Source: Dictyostelium discoideum
Taxonomy: Eukaryota
Direction of reading: 5' to 3'
Length of the DNA: 64,000 nucleotides
Assembly (NCBI GenBank): GCA_000004695.1
Contig: CM000151.3
Location: 192,001-256,000 of the forward strand
The first letter of the stretch is position 1. Each line of letters starts with the position of its first letter. A program made the position numbers and the translations under genes. Below, piece by piece: positions 18,443 to 30,709 of this stretch. Under the pieces are notes generated by a model, which saw only the letters and a list, made by a program, of their open reading frames with translations, was not told the origin of the DNA and ran no database searches.

Positions 18443-19283
18443 TATAATTAATTTATTTTTTATCTATAGAAAATCATTAAAAGATAATGAAGAATCTTTA
18501 AAAACCAATTTAGCATCAATTGAAAAATCATTAGGCGAAGCATTTTCAATTGAATTTGATTTTGAAGATATTATTACCAAATGTAATGATTCATGGGTAA
18601 CTAATAGTTGTGGAAGTATCTTTTATAAAGATGTTGTTGGTAATCTTGCTAAGAATATGGTAAAAGTTGGTGCAGACCCATTAATTAAAGAAGCATTTTT
18701 AGCAGCTGTCCCAAATAAGAAATTCGTTTTTATTTGTGCTGATGAAAAGTTGGAATCATATTGGAAATATCAATTTGTGAATGGTGATTGTCAAATTTTA
18801 TTCCGTCCAAAGATTTGCAACACCAATGATGTAAACACATTCAAATTGGAAACAATAATTCCAACCCAAGGTGTGTATACTTTAATGACCCGTTTGAATA
18901 TTAAAACAAATGAACAAAAAATGAAGGATAATTTATCCGCTGTTAAAAAAGCATTAAAATCATCATCGGATTGGTCAATTGATGAATCATCATTAGAAAC
19001 TGTTTATCCAAAAGTTGCCGACGACTTGAAGAATAGTTTTGGTCACATCTTTGCTGGTATTGTTGAAAAGGTAGCTGCTAATCTCGCAAAACGTTGTGCT
19101 GATGAAATGATTTTGGAAGCAGTCCAAGAAGCAACTACAAATCATACAATCGTTATTAAACATGATGCAAACTTGAATGGTTATTGGTCATGGTCATTTG
19201 AATCTGGTAATATCGTTATCACTTTCAAATCTGTAACTAATACTAACGATGTTCAAACATTTGATTTCATTAAATTATTATAA
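18375..19283 (+). CDS. Hypothetical protein of about 299 aa built from two internal repeats of about 120 aa; 2 exons (18375-18397, 18470-19283)
   Basis: Exon 1 encodes MPLALTSR and ends at ag|gtaaat. The acceptor is tatag at 18469. The two halves align with each other, for example ...FVNGDCQILFRPKICNTNDVNTFKLE versus ...FESGNIVITFKSVTNTNDVQTFDFIKL. The gene ends at TAA 19281-19283. Confidence 0.6.
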
Positions 19284-19412
19284 TCCAATAATTAATAAAT
19301 AAAAATAATAATCAATTAAATTAAATTAAATTTATAAATAAAAAAATAAAGTTATAAATAATATATTTATTTTATTTTTATTTTATTTTATTTTTTTTAT
19401 TTTATACTTTAA

Positions 19413-19670
19413 AATGATCATAAGTTATTTTTTCTCTTGTTTTAACTTTATATCTTTTAAAACAAGGTGTCATTTGTTTTCTCCATTTTAATTGATATAA
19501 TATTTTTAAATTTATTTCCCAATCTTCTGGTTGTTTAAACCAATAATCAACCCGGTCATCTTGTCTATTTGGAGATTGTTCTAAATAATATTTTTGAGAA
19601 TTTGGTGAATCTTTTGTTATATCAATATTACCAATTACTTGATATTGATTTTGTTGTTGATGATTATAGT

Positions 19671-19736
<66 letters not shown>

Positions 19737-19835
19737 CTTGTTTATAATAATTATCATTAAAACTATGAAAACTATTATCACCATTATTACTATTATTAAT
19801 TTTACAGATATTGTTACAAAATTCTGTTAAAACTG

Positions 19836-19914
<79 letters not shown>

Positions 19915-20054
19915 GTTATTATTTTTATTTTGATATATATGTTTTTATTATTTTTATTTTTATCTTTTTTTATTATGTTTATAGAATCAAGAAATTTATT
20001 TATTTTTGACCATGTATCGTTTTGATAATTATATTCCGGATATTTCATCTTCAT
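19413..20054 (-). CDS. Q/N-rich hypothetical protein with a conserved-looking C-terminal block; the reading frame through the (AAT)n tract is uncertain
   Basis: The minus-strand ORF reads ...NFCNNICKINNSNNGDNSFHSFNDNYYKQEQ(Q)22YYNHQQQNQYQVIGNIDITKDSPNSQKYYLEQSPNRQDDRVDYWFKQPEDWEINLKILYQLKWRKQMTPCFKRYKVKTREKITYDHFKV*. The N-terminal exon MKMKYPEYNYQNDTWSKINKFLDSINIIKKDKNK starts at 20054. Confidence 0.4.
19668..19733. repeat. (GTT)22 on the plus strand, equal to (CAA)n on the minus strand, encoding poly-Gln
   Basis: Seen directly. Confidence 0.85.
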
Positions 20055-21014
20055 TTTTTTTTTTTTTTTTTTTTAAACAAAAATTTATAAAATAAAAAAA
20101 ATAATTATTTATTGGGGGGTTTTTTTTTTTAAACAAATAAATAAATAAATAAGTAAATAAATAATTATTGCAACTATTATTATTATTATTATTTTTAAAA
20201 ATATTAATATTTTTAATAATGAAACATTAAAATATTATTAATATTTTTTTTTTAAAAGAAAAAAAAAAAAAAATAATAAAATAAAATAAGAAAAAAAAAA
20301 AAAAAATGTTTATTTATAAATAAAAAAAAGAAAAAAGAAAAAAAGAAAAAAAATTAAAATAAATAATATTTTTAATGTGTTAATTTTATTGATAATAATA
20401 ATAATAATTATTATTATTATTTATTTGAAATTAATTTGAACAAACAACAAGAACCACAATGGATAATTAAATAGTTGAATGATTTTGGTAATATAAAAAA
20501 AAAATAAAACAAGTTAAAAAATAATAATAATAAAATTAAATTAAATTATAAAATTAATAATATATTAATTAAAATGGTATTAAAAAAGAAAAAAGAAAAA
20601 AGAAAAAAATCAATATACGTGTACTTAAAAAAAAATAAAAAAAAAAAAAAAAATAAAAAAAAAAAAAAAACACTAACCAACTCTATTATAATAACCCCAC
20701 ACTTTTATTTAAAATAAAAAATAATAATAATAATAATAAAAATAATAATAAATATCATTTAACCTACAATGGTTAATTTTTATAAAAATAATAATAAAAC
20801 AATTATACTATATGGTATGATCTAAAAAGAATAAAGAGAGAGAAAGAAAATTGTGTCAGAGAGTGGGGTAAAATAAAAAAAAAAAAAAAAAAAAAAAAAA
20901 CAAAACAAATACAAAAGGAAAAGGAAAAAAATCATTTTATTATTATGATAATAATCAAAATTTAAATTTAGAAATATGATAAAACATATTTATCCTAATA
21001 CATTAACACACACC

Positions 21015-21047
<33 letters not shown>

Positions 21048-21176
21048 ACCCTTGATTATTTCCCAGTATGATATAATTGATTTTTAATTTTTTTTTTATT
21101 CACCTTTTTTATTTTTATTTTTTTTTTTTTTTTTATTCATTTTTTTAATTTCCCAAAATTTTGGATTTTTAATTTT

Positions 21177-21220
<44 letters not shown>

Positions 21221-21282
21221 CGGTTATTAAAAATCATATATTACCACACACACAAGCCCCCCTACTACCACACTCATATATA

Positions 21283-21312
<30 letters not shown>

Positions 21313-21313
<1 letters not shown>

Positions 21314-21408
21314 TGAAAATTGACTACAGATGCAGTAACCCAATTAAAACCACCAAACCCATTGATTATTCTGTATATAAAAATAAAAAGTTATCATCAA
21401 TAAACGTG

Positions 21409-21448
<40 letters not shown>

Positions 21449-21582
21449 TAAATACAAATACAAATACAAGTGTAAATAATAATATAAAAATACAAAGAAT
21501 AAATAGATCAGATGAACAATTTAGACAAATTTGTAAGTTTCATATTAATAATTATGGTGTTGAAATCAATGGTGATAAATAA
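21313..21582 (+). CDS. Small N-rich ORF, 89 aa, doubtful
   Basis: The ORF opens at ATG 21313-21315 and sits downstream of a C-rich promoter-like island at 21241-21275. I see no homology. Confidence 0.2.
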
Positions 21583-21821
21583 TAAAAATGACTATAAATG
21601 AATGAGCCAGCCTTTTAATTCAAGGTCTGATAATCGTTAATACATCATAAAAACAAACAATAAAATAAAATAAAAAAAAAATAAAAAAAAAACAATTTAA
21701 TATTTTTTATTATTATTATAATAATCATCAAAAAAAAAAAAAATTAAAAAAAGATATTAACATTTTAAAAAAAAAAAAAATTAAATTAAAAACATAATGA
21801 AAAAAATATGGAATAATAGTC

Positions 21822-22686
21822 ATGAAAATTGGTGTTGTTTCACAGGGATCAGGTTCATCTTATGTAGAAATGGAAAATACAAAAGTTTTATGTACAATGT
21901 AAATATCCATCAAATCATCAATCAATTATCATAATTATAAATAATTTTCAAGATTTATTAATTTTTATCATTTTTATCATTTTTTGAAAAAAACAAAAAA
22001 CACTAAAAATTCTCTTTTCTACAATTATTATAATCGATCATTATTCAAAAAAAAAAAAAAAAAAAAATTTATTATAATAATAAAATTAATTATTTAATTA
22101 ATTATTTAGACATGGACCACGTGCAACACAAAAGACAGAATTATTTGAAACAGCTAAATTAAATTGTGAATTAAAGTATACAACATTTTCAAGTACAACG
22201 GAAAAGATTGATTATGTGGAGAATAGTAAAGAAAAAGATTTAAGTTTATTGATAAGTCAATCGATAATCGGGTCTATCAGGTTGGAGAAATATCCAAAGA
22301 CCGCTATCGACATTTACATATTGGTATTGAATGATGATGGTAACGTGTTGGTGGCATCTATCACTGCTGCAACTATGGCATTGGCAGACGCAGGTGTGGA
22401 AATGTTTGATATGGTTTCATCATGTTCGGTATCCTGTACAAAAGATAACAGAACATTAATTGATCCTACCACTCTCGAAGAAACCATACCAAGCTCATCA
22501 ACTGTTTTAGTCGCAAAAATGCCATCACTAAATGAAATCACTCAAATCATTCAAACTGGTGAATTACAATATACAAATGTTTTAGAATGTGTTGATCTTT
22601 GTATTGATGGTTGTGATAAAATTTATTCAATTATGAAACAAAATTTAATAGATTCATTATTACAAAAACAACAACAACAAAAATAA
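21822..22686 (+). CDS. Exosome complex component RRP46/EXOSC5-like (RNase PH fold); 2 exons (21822-21898, 22110-22686)
   Basis: Exon 1 reads MKIGVVSQGSGSSYVEMENTKVLCT and ends at a gtaaat donor. Exon 2 continues IHGPRATQKTELFE. LVLNDDGNVLVASITAATMALADAGVEMFDMVSSCSVSCTKDNRTLIDPTTLEE aligns with [56 protein letters not shown] of human EXOSC5. Confidence 0.75.
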
Positions 22687-22984
22687 ATTAATAAAAAAAA
22701 TTTAAATTCAAATTTTAATTTTTAGCCGTTGTTTTTTTTTTTTTTTTATTTTTTTTTTGTTTTATTTTTTATTTTATTTTTTTTGGACAATTAGTTCGAA
22801 CATTTTTTTTTTTTTTTTTTTATTACCTTCATCGCTGTTATATATAAAAAAAAAAAAAAAAAAAATTTACAAATAACCACCCCCACCAACTTCCACCCCA
22901 CTACCACCACCACCAGCACTCAATAATAATAATTTTTTAAATATAATTAAATAAATAAATAAATAAAAAAAAAAAAAAAAAGAA

Positions 22985-24187
22985 ATGTATACTCCACAAT
23001 TTAAATCAACAGGTTTGAAGGATGTTTTATCATTTTATTCAACACCTTTGGTTCAAGCAGCAACAGCTAATATGAATAATTCATCATCGTCAACATTGGT
23101 AACATCACAACCACCAATACCAACAATTACAACAACAACTACAACAACAAATAATATAAATAATATTGAAAATATTACACCAAAAAAGAATATGAAAGAG
23201 AATCATTTTAGTAATGGTCCATTAACAGATGTTAAAAATATTCAACAACAACAACAACAATCATCATCATCTGAAAATTCAAGTGATAATGATGATGATG
23301 AAAAGAATTTAAAAGTTTTACATGGTTCAAGTCCAACTAGTAGTCCAGTATGTTTATTATATATATACTTTTTTTATTATTATTATTATTATTATTCCAA
23401 ATAAATTTACTTACACTTTTTTTTTAATATTTAATTCTAAATTTAGAATTTTAAAAGTCCAAAGAATAAAACATTAAAAATTAAACGTGTAAAGAGTATT
23501 GTAAATCATTTACCAGCAATTAAATCAATGGATGATGTTGTGAAATTACAAGAAGAAATTACTGAAAATAGAGATAAAATTTCAAATTTACAACAACAAT
23601 TATCAACTGTTCAAAAAGGTACCTTTTTTAATAAATTAATAAATTATTTATAAATGTTTTTTCCAATGATAATAATTAATTTACTAATATTTTTTCCAAT
23701 AATAATAATAATAATAATAATAATAGAAAAAACAACAATTGAAGAAGAGAAAATTAATTTAATTAAACAATTAAAAGAATTAGAAGATAAACAAAAATCA
23801 ACAGAGGATAAAGAAAAAGAAACTAAACAATTATTAATTGAATCAGAGAATAAATTAAATTTAACAATTGAATCGTTACATCAAGAATTTGATTCAAAGA
23901 TATCAACCATTACAAATGAACATACAATTAATGAAAATAAAAATCATCAAGAAATCTTTTCATTAAAAGATCAACTCTCAATTTTACAATCAAAAAATCA
24001 ACAATCATTACAACAATTAGAGAAAATTCAAAAAGAAAATCAAGAGAAATCAATCTCTATTCAAAATGATAAATTATTAATTGAAAAATTAGAATCTGAT
24101 TTAAAAAATTCAAATCAAAATAATTTAGAAATTAATTCAACACTTGATTCAACTCAAGATACTTTAAAAAGTGTTTCAAAAGAGTAA
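22985..24187 (+). CDS. Coiled-coil protein, hypothetical; 3 exons (22985-23347, 23447-23618, 23727-24187)
   Basis: A real ATG opens the gene. The donors are cca|gtatgt and aaag|gtacc, the acceptors tttag and aatag, and the phases are consistent. The N-terminal half is low-complexity, Thr/Gln-rich and acidic. The C-terminal half has heptad-like features (LKELEDKQKSTEDKEKETKQLLIESENKLNLTIESLHQEF...). Confidence 0.65.
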
Positions 24188-24324
24188 TAATAATAATAAT
24201 AATTATAAAAATATATACATATTTATATATAAATATAATTAATTTATATTAATTTTTTTTTTATTATTATAATATATATAGTTTATTCTTTTCAACTTGT
24301 TTATCAATTAAATTAAATTTATTA

Positions 24325-24567
24325 ATGATTAGTAAACCATGTAATTTATCAACACAAGATCTTTGGGAACAAGCAGAAGCATCACAAATTAGTTCATCAA
24401 ATTATGCAAAATGGATATCTTTAAAATTAAATGAATATCATAATGATTTACCACCTTCTTCACCAATGAAATCAATTTATACAAATAAAACTACAACTAC
24501 TACTACAACTACAACTACTTCAAATAATTTATCAAAATCTCCAAAAAGAAATGGAAAAAAGAAATAA
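24325..24567 (+). CDS. Small ORF, 80 aa, doubtful; possibly an independent gene or a 3' exon
   Basis: ORF only (MISKPCNLSTQDLWEQAEASQISSSNYAKWISLKLNEYHNDLPPSSPMKS...). I see no homology. Confidence 0.2.
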   Translation: MISKPCNLSTQDLWEQAEASQISSSNYAKWISLKLNEYHNDLPPSSPMKSIYTNKTTTTTTTTTTSNNLSKSPKRNGKKK

Positions 24568-24592
24568 ATAATTAAATAATTTAAAATTTCCA

Positions 24593-24628
<36 letters not shown>

Positions 24629-24837
24629 AGTAATAACAACATATAAATATATATATACAAATCTTTTTTCAATCAAAAAAAAAAAAAATAATAAAAAATA
24701 ATTAGTGATACTATTAGTATATTATCATTAAATATTTAAAAAATAAAAAATATTTTTAATTAAAAATTACTTTGGGTTATTCTTTTTTTTCTTTTTTTTT
24801 TTTTTTTTTTTAAAATTTAAAAAATTATTTTAACTTT

Positions 24838-26448
24838 TTATTTAACTTTATTAGTTCTTTTTGTAACAGTTGATTTTTTAGTAGTTTCATTATCTTCATC
24901 AGATTCATCAGATTCTTCAGATTCAATAGTTGGTTTATCTTGAATTGAAACAGATTCTTTAGTGACTGAAGTATTGGTGGTGGTAGTTGAGGTTGAATTA
25001 TTATCATCATCAGATTTAACTTTTTTTGATGATGGTTTCTTTGAACGAGTGAAACAAAATACAATTGGTAAAAGTAAAGAAGAGAAACCAACTAAATAAA
25101 GTAATGGATTTTGATTTGCTTCAGATTGGAAGAGAGTTAAATAGAATTTAATAGTTTCAAAGATATCACCTTGAGATGGGTCGAGTTTTTTGGCATCTTC
25201 AGCGTTTTTGGCTGCTTGTCTTTCCTTTTGAATTGTATGTTTCTCTTTCCAATTCTCTTGTAATAATTGTTGAGCTTCTTCTTGAGAATGAGTGATAATG
25301 AAATTATCAAAGAGAATATCACGAGTATTTGACAAAACTTCAATACCGACTGCAATGATTGGCTCTACGATATATGGATTCTCAACGTTGAAATAGGATG
25401 GATTTGCAATTTGTCTTGGTTTCCATTCACCCTTGTACAATGGGTTTGCTACCATTGGTGCGGACCATTTACCCTTGTATAATGGGTTGGCGATGGTTGG
25501 GATGACCCACTCACCGCATTGGCCAGAGGCGCATTTTGGATTCTCAATTGATGGTGCTTCCCACTCGCCATCGTCTTCCTCATTCCATTCTGGTGGCTGT
25601 GTTTCTGATGGGTCGGAGATTAAGAATGGCTCGTTGTCTAACCAATCGGATGGTTTGACAGCTTGTGGATCGTTGATACGTAATGGTTGGTCTTCGTCCC
25701 AGTCGTCTGGTTTGGTGGCGCCTGGTTCGGGGATTTCAGCATCGTCGACCCAGTCGGATGGCTTGGAGTCGGTTGGGTCGTCAATCTCCTTTGGTGGGTT
25801 GAAGGCTGGTGTGAACGAGTCGTGGAATGAGCCGTCCAAGACTGACTCGTCGTCGACCTTGATGGTGAAGGTGTTGTCTGGTCTGATGATCAAGGTGTAG
25901 ATATGCGACACTCTGTCTTTTCTAACCGATGGTTTTGCAGTGATCAATTTCTCTTCGTGTACATTTGTGATTGGGTTACGATGACGAACGATGAAATGAA
26001 TTCTGTCATTGCTTCCGCAAACGTCGGCGCCAAACATGATGCTGTATGGGGTGTTTGAGTCGACAGTTTCCACATTGAAATCTTCACGATCTGTGTACAA
26101 TTTAATGTAACCACCTGAACATGTTACACCCTCTTGGAATTGTAACTCATATTGAACTATTAATTCTTTATTGGTGTTATCAATTGCGTGACTTAATTGA
26201 TAGGTGATTGCATATCTTTTACCTGCTTGGGTTAATACTAAACCATTATCATTCTCATCGATTGGATCATTGGCTGCTTTAAATCCAATAACTCCACTAT
26301 ATTCTTGATTACTTGATTTAATCCATTTTGATGAACTTTTACCTAAATCTTGAAAATCTTCAAAAAATAATGTATCTTTACTTGGATTAAATGAAACACA
26401 AACTCCAATTATAATTGATAAAATTAATAATAAAATTAATTTATTCAT
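24838..26448 (-). CDS. cnxA: Calnexin, 536 aa, single exon
   Basis: The protein has a signal peptide, a lectin domain, and a P-domain with the repeated motifs KPSDWVDDAEIPEPGATKPDDWDEDQP, KPSDWLDNEPFLISDP and PPEWNEEDDGEWEAPSIENPKCASGQCGEWVIPTIANPLYKGKWSAPMVANPLYKGEW. It then has a TM helix LLYLVGFSSLLLPIVFCF and an acidic cytoplasmic tail, the hallmark calnexin/calreticulin architecture. The coding region is noticeably GC-richer than its neighbours. Confidence 0.95.
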   Translation of the reverse strand: MNKLILLLILSIIIGVCVSFNPSKDTLFFEDFQDLGKSSSKWIKSSNQEYSGVIGFKAANDPIDENDNGLVLTQAGKRYAITYQLSHAIDNTNKELIVQYELQFQEGVTCSGGYIKLYTDREDFNVETVDSNTPYSIMFGADVCGSNDRIHFIVRHRNPITNVHEEKLITAKPSVRKDRVSHIYTLIIRPDNTFTIKVDDESVLDGSFHDSFTPAFNPPKEIDDPTDSKPSDWVDDAEIPEPGATKPDDWDEDQPLRINDPQAVKPSDWLDNEPFLISDPSETQPPEWNEEDDGEWEAPSIENPKCASGQCGEWVIPTIANPLYKGKWSAPMVANPLYKGEWKPRQIANPSYFNVENPYIVEPIIAVGIEVLSNTRDILFDNFIITHSQEEAQQLLQENWKEKHTIQKERQAAKNAEDAKKLDPSQGDIFETIKFYLTLFQSEANQNPLLYLVGFSSLLLPIVFCFTRSKKPSSKKVKSDDDNNSTSTTTTNTSVTKESVSIQDKPTIESEESDESDEDNETTKKSTVTKRTNKVK

Positions 26449-26491
26449 TTTAAATATATATATATAAAAAAAAAAATTTTTTTATGAATTC

Positions 26492-26531
<40 letters not shown>

Positions 26532-26642
26532 TAATTTAGATTTTCATAAAAAAAAAAAAAAAAAATTTTAAAAAAATAAAAAAAAAAAATAAAAACAAAA
26601 AAAAATAAAATTTTAGGAAAGCGTTATCATTTAATGTGGTTA

Positions 26643-26680
<38 letters not shown>

Positions 26681-27293
26681 TTGTTTGAGTCAATTGATGT
26701 TTTTTTTTTTTTCTTAAAAACATTTGGATTCATTCTTGATTACATTTAAAAAAATCTAAATTTAGAAATAAAATTTTTAAAAAAATAATATTTAAAAATA
26801 TTAATAACAATAAAAATAATTTTATTTTATTTTGTTTTTTTTAAATAATTTTAAGTTTTAATTTATACTTAATATTTTATTATAATTAAATAAAATATTA
26901 ATATGTCATTGGTTTCAACGTGTTTTGGTTGCATCCGCACCTTTTTTTCTTTTTTTTTTTAATTTTTATTTTAATTTTTTAATTTTTTTTTTTTTTTTTT
27001 TTTTAATTTTTTTTTTTTAATTTTTTTTTTTTTTCTGTTCATAAAATTAAATTTAATTTTTCCAATGTTGTTGAAAAAAAAATAAAAAAAAAAAAAAATA
27101 AAACAAATAAAACAAATAAAACAAATAAAACAACAAAAAAAATTCAAACAAATATTTTACATTTATATATTATAATATATATATATATATTTGTAGATTA
27201 AAAAAAATTAAAATAAAAAATAAAGAAATAAAAATAAAATAATTTCATTATTAAATAAGGAAAGAGTGAGAGGAGATAGGTAGATGATCGAAA

Positions 27294-30200
27294 ATGGAGA
27301 AGAATAAATCAGCTCTATTATCATTTCTAGAGATGGATCTTAGAAATATCTCATCAGAAGCAAGAAATAAATTATTAAATATTAAAGAAGCAAGTGAAAG
27401 AGGTATTTTATATATTAAATATCTTCAAGAACAATCAGCAACTCCTGAAATATTATTACAAAGTAATTTTTTACCACCATTATTATTATTAGTATTAGTA
27501 TTGTTTTTAAATCATGTTAACTAATATTTCCAAAAAATATAAAAAAAATAAAAATTAAAAAAAAAACTTGTTAATTACAGATTTAAAATCAAAATCTGAT
27601 GAAATCTTAAAACCATTTTTAATGGCATTAGAATCAAAGAATCAAAAAATGATTTCATTAGCAATTGGTTCAGTTTTAAAATTAATTTCACATAGTGCAA
27701 TCTCAAATGTATGTAGTTTTATATATATATATATATATATACATATAATGTATATGCATATGTATTTATAAATATTATTAACATATATATATATATTTTT
27801 AAATTTTATATATATAGAGTTCAATACCTTCAATTTTAAGTAAAATGCAATTATTAATTGATGTTGGATCAGATGAATCAATTCAATTAAAAGTTTTACA
27901 AGGATTATTAGTATTGATAACTACAGTACCAGATATTCATGATGAAGAGTTATCACAATTATTGGTATTATGTTTTAGATTACATGGTAGTAAGAATACA
28001 TCAATTCAAAGTACATCATCTGCAACATTACCACAAATCATTAGAATCATTTTCGATAGAGTTTCTGTTGAAATGAATACTGCAAATAAGGAAATACTAT
28101 CATCACCTGTAACTACAAAATTAATAAATTCAAAATCTTCTGATAATATAACTTTAAGTAATAATAATAATCAAGATGATTCATCATCTTCATCTTTATC
28201 AACTACTTCAGATTCAACTACAACTACAAAAAATGATGATAATACAGGTACTACTACACCAACAACAACAACAACAGAAAATACAGATACTAAAACTACA
28301 ACAACAGTAACAGAAACTACAGATACTAAAACAACAACAGCAACAGATAATCAATCACCACAATTAAAATCATCACCATCAAATACAAATGTAGTTCAAC
28401 AACATCAACAACATAATAAAAATAAATCATGGTCAAATTTAAAACCATCAGCAAAAGATGCATATTTATTATTACAAGATTTATGTTATATTACAGGTAG
28501 TGATTCACCAGAATGGTTACCACATACGACAACCATTTCAAGAGCATCAGGTTTAGATTTCATTGAAATGATACTTTCAGTTCATTATGATATTTTTTTT
28601 AAGGTGAATAATAATCAATCAATCAATCAATCATTTATTTAAAATTAAAATTATTTATTATTAACACTTTTTTTTTTTTTTTATTTTATTATTTTTTTTT
28701 AGTTAGAAGAATTTAAAAATTTATTAAAAGATAAAATTTGTCCATTATTAATTAAAAATTTTAAATTTAAGATGGATTTTTATCATACAGTTAGATTGAT
28801 TAGAGTGATAACACAATTTATTAGTAAATTTAGTTCAATAATGGTTACAGAATCAGATGTATTATTGACAAAAACTATAAAGATGATGGATTTAGATCAA
28901 CCAATTTGGACACAAATTTTAGCATTGGAATCATTTAGAGTCTATTCAGAGGATCCAAATCTATTAAGATTATTCTTTAAAAACTATGATAAAGATAACA
29001 ACTCTGCAAAGATATTTGAAACAATGACGATTGCAATTGGAAAATATGTTCAAAATTTGTATGGATTGGATAGTAGTCATTTTGTGTTGGTTCAAACCTC
29101 AAAGAATCGTCTATTGGATTTATTATGGCAATCAGAGGTACCACTGATTAAAGAGAGTTATATAATCTCGGTTTGCACAGAATGTATCAATGGTATTGTT
29201 AATGCAGTCTCAAAAATCAATAATCCCGATAATAGTGCACAACAATATTCAGACTCTTTGGAGATATTCACTCAAATGGCAAATTCATGTTGGGTATCAA
29301 TACTTGGTGGTATCTCAATGTTATTAGGTAAAACCAATGACGAAGCTTTAATTCAAATGGTTTTAAAATCATTACAATCATTTACAAATACATGTGGTGA
29401 TTTACATTTATCTGCACCAAGAGATGCTTTATTAACTTGTCTTTGTAAAACTACAACTTTACCATCATTTGAATTATTAAATTCAAATTTAAATTTAAAT
29501 GCGACAACAACAACAACGACAACAACAAATACGAATACTATAAATAATATAAATAATATAAATAATATAAATAATACGAATAATACGAATAATTCGAATA
29601 ATATAAATAATACAAATATAAATACGAATAATATAAATAATAGCGAACAACAACAACAACAACAACAACAACAAATACAATCACCAATATCATCGACATC
29701 AACATCATCAAATATAATATCATCACAACAATCAACACCATCAAATTCATTAACACCACAACAATTGTCACAAAATAATAAAGACGGTCAAATTTCAATA
29801 AATACTATGGAAGAGAAATTATCAAATTTTTATCCAACCACTAAAAATATATTATCAGTGAAAATTTTATTTAATATAGCTCATTGTATGGGTTCATTAT
29901 TGGATGAATCTTGGATACTGGTTTTAGAAACATTAGAAACTTGGAATAGATTTTTAGAGAGTTTTTTAAAGAAAAAAGAGAATTCAAATAATACACAAAC
30001 AACAACAGGTACAGGTAATACAATAAATGGTAATAATAATAATAATAGTGGTGGTAATAAAAGTGGTGATAATATAATATTACCAAATCCATCAAGTTTA
30101 TCAATTGCAAATAATAATAATATTAATAATAATAATGAAAATACATCATCACCAAAAGAAACATCATCACCACGTACAATTGGATCAAGTGAAGTACCAA

Positions 30201-30666
30201 TTTTAATGAATTCAATGGATAATTTATTTAAATCAAGTTCACAATTAGATTTAAGATCTTGTCAATACCTTTTAGAAGCATTAGGTAAATTATGTACACA
30301 ATCATTTAATTTGAAATCATTTAATTCAACACCTAATATGTTTGGTATTTCAAAGTTACGTGAAACTGCATTAGCAAATCTCTATAGAATCGATACAATA
30401 TGGCCATTAATTTCAGATCATATCATTGATGCTGGTAATCATAGAAATCCATTATTTAGAAAATATTCTGTTGAATTTTTAAATTCAATCATTAAATCAA
30501 CAATTTCATTACAACAATCACAACAATTATTACAATTACAAAAAGAAAAATTATTATCACAACAACAACAACAACAACAAGAAAAAGAAAAAGAAAAAGA
30601 TAATTCATCATTAAATAGTGAAAGTAATGAAGATCAATCATCTGATCTAACAAATTCACCAGTTTC

Positions 30667-30709
<43 letters not shown>

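Noticed and set aside
25433-25900. 155-aa plus-strand ORF
   Set aside because: It is antisense to the calnexin P-domain. The relative GC-richness there depletes stops, so the ORF is spurious.
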